Under the pieces are notes generated by a model. That model saw nothing but the letters and a program-made list of their open reading frames with translations, had not been told where the DNA came from and made no database searches. Positions 63,191-64,000 of a stretch of 64,000 nucleotides of DNA are shown in pieces; the first letter of the stretch is position 1; each line of letters opens with the position of its first letter. Both the position numbers and the translations under genes were made by a program. The stretch comes from the human T2T-CHM13v2.0 reference genome, Homo sapiens: the NCBI RefSeq assembly GCF_009914755.1, contig NC_060928.1. One strand, 5' to 3'.

Positions 63191-63544
63191 GCTTCTAATT
63201 TTCTATCAATATGTATCTTGGGAATAGTTCTGGTGGTGAATTTCAGGGGACTGCACTGAGAAAGAAAGCTTAATTTTAGTTTTCAATGATGTCTCAAGGG
63301 GATACACTTTGTAAGTTTCTTCATTTAACACACCAAGTCCTGCAGCTGGGTTTGGATAACCTAAAGATTTTTTTATGTAGCCTGAAACACAACACTTCAT
63401 CCTGACAACAGATATTCTCTGACCTTAAGAGGATTTTTAGTCCTCAAAGCTGGCTACAAATTAGCAACACCTAAAGGATTAAAAACAACGTTTCTGCATC
63501 ACATGTCCTGAGATTCCCATTTATTTATTCAGGCATGGGTTCTA

Positions 63545-63835
63545 GGAATTTGTTTTATTTGTCCTATATTTGGCCAGTGGAAGGTTCTTCTACCTGCTTC
63601 CATGTTCTTTTAACATGTTCTTATCATTCTTTCAAAGCTCTCTTTCTTTCAGGCATACGATATTCCAGGCTCACTTTGTTTATTTCTGGAACAACAAGAT
63701 ATTCCAGGCATGGAATCAGCTATTTCTCCAAACAGCCCTGCTTTCCTATAGAGGAAAATCATATTTAGAAACCCAGCTCTGACCACTAGGTGTTCTCGTG
63801 ATTCTGGATTTTGCTACCTGCAGGCATTCACAATG
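63545..63835 (-). mobile_element. Old L1MC-like 3'UTR fragment
   Basis: ttggccagtgg...acaagatattccaggc...ggaatcagctatttctccaa...tatttagaaacc. Confidence 0.6.
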
Positions 63836-64000
63836 GGAAATCCATATCTAGGTGTTAGATCTGGACAGATGATACAGAATATAGATATATAGATATAGAT
63901 ATATAGGAAAATCATATTTATAAACCAAGATATGACTGATAGGCATTCTTATACTACTGGATATTATTGTCCCCAGGAAGAAACTAGTCTGCATATAAGA

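Noticed and set aside
63440-63545. Possible MER5-like DNA transposon fragments (also ~24810-24910 and ~34060-34090)
   Set aside because: Too diverged to call by eye; no clear terminal inverted repeats

Overview
AT-rich primate (probably human) genomic DNA with no recognisable host protein-coding exon, RNA gene or CpG island, so it is intergenic or deep intronic. It is dominated by transposable elements: about 14 Alu/monomer copies, several L1PA and older L1M elements, MaLR LTRs, a MER9 (HERV-K HML-3) solo LTR, and two ancient degraded proviruses (ERV1-like at ~39.0-44.0 kb, ERVL-like at ~52.8-56.1 kb). The longer ORFs I could assign are L1 ORF1/ORF2 remnants or low-complexity/Alu read-throughs. 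I found no evidence of a new biological system. The unusual signals are retrotransposition and repair scars: a TSD-bounded, multiply rearranged L1PA at 44.8-50.2 kb, an L1 3' transduction at 2.3 kb, a 40-bp foreign insert in an AluY, and an L1 inserted into the homologous site of an older inverted L1. Subfamily names come from recalled diagnostic motifs and were not checked against a database. Boundaries of old elements are approximate.
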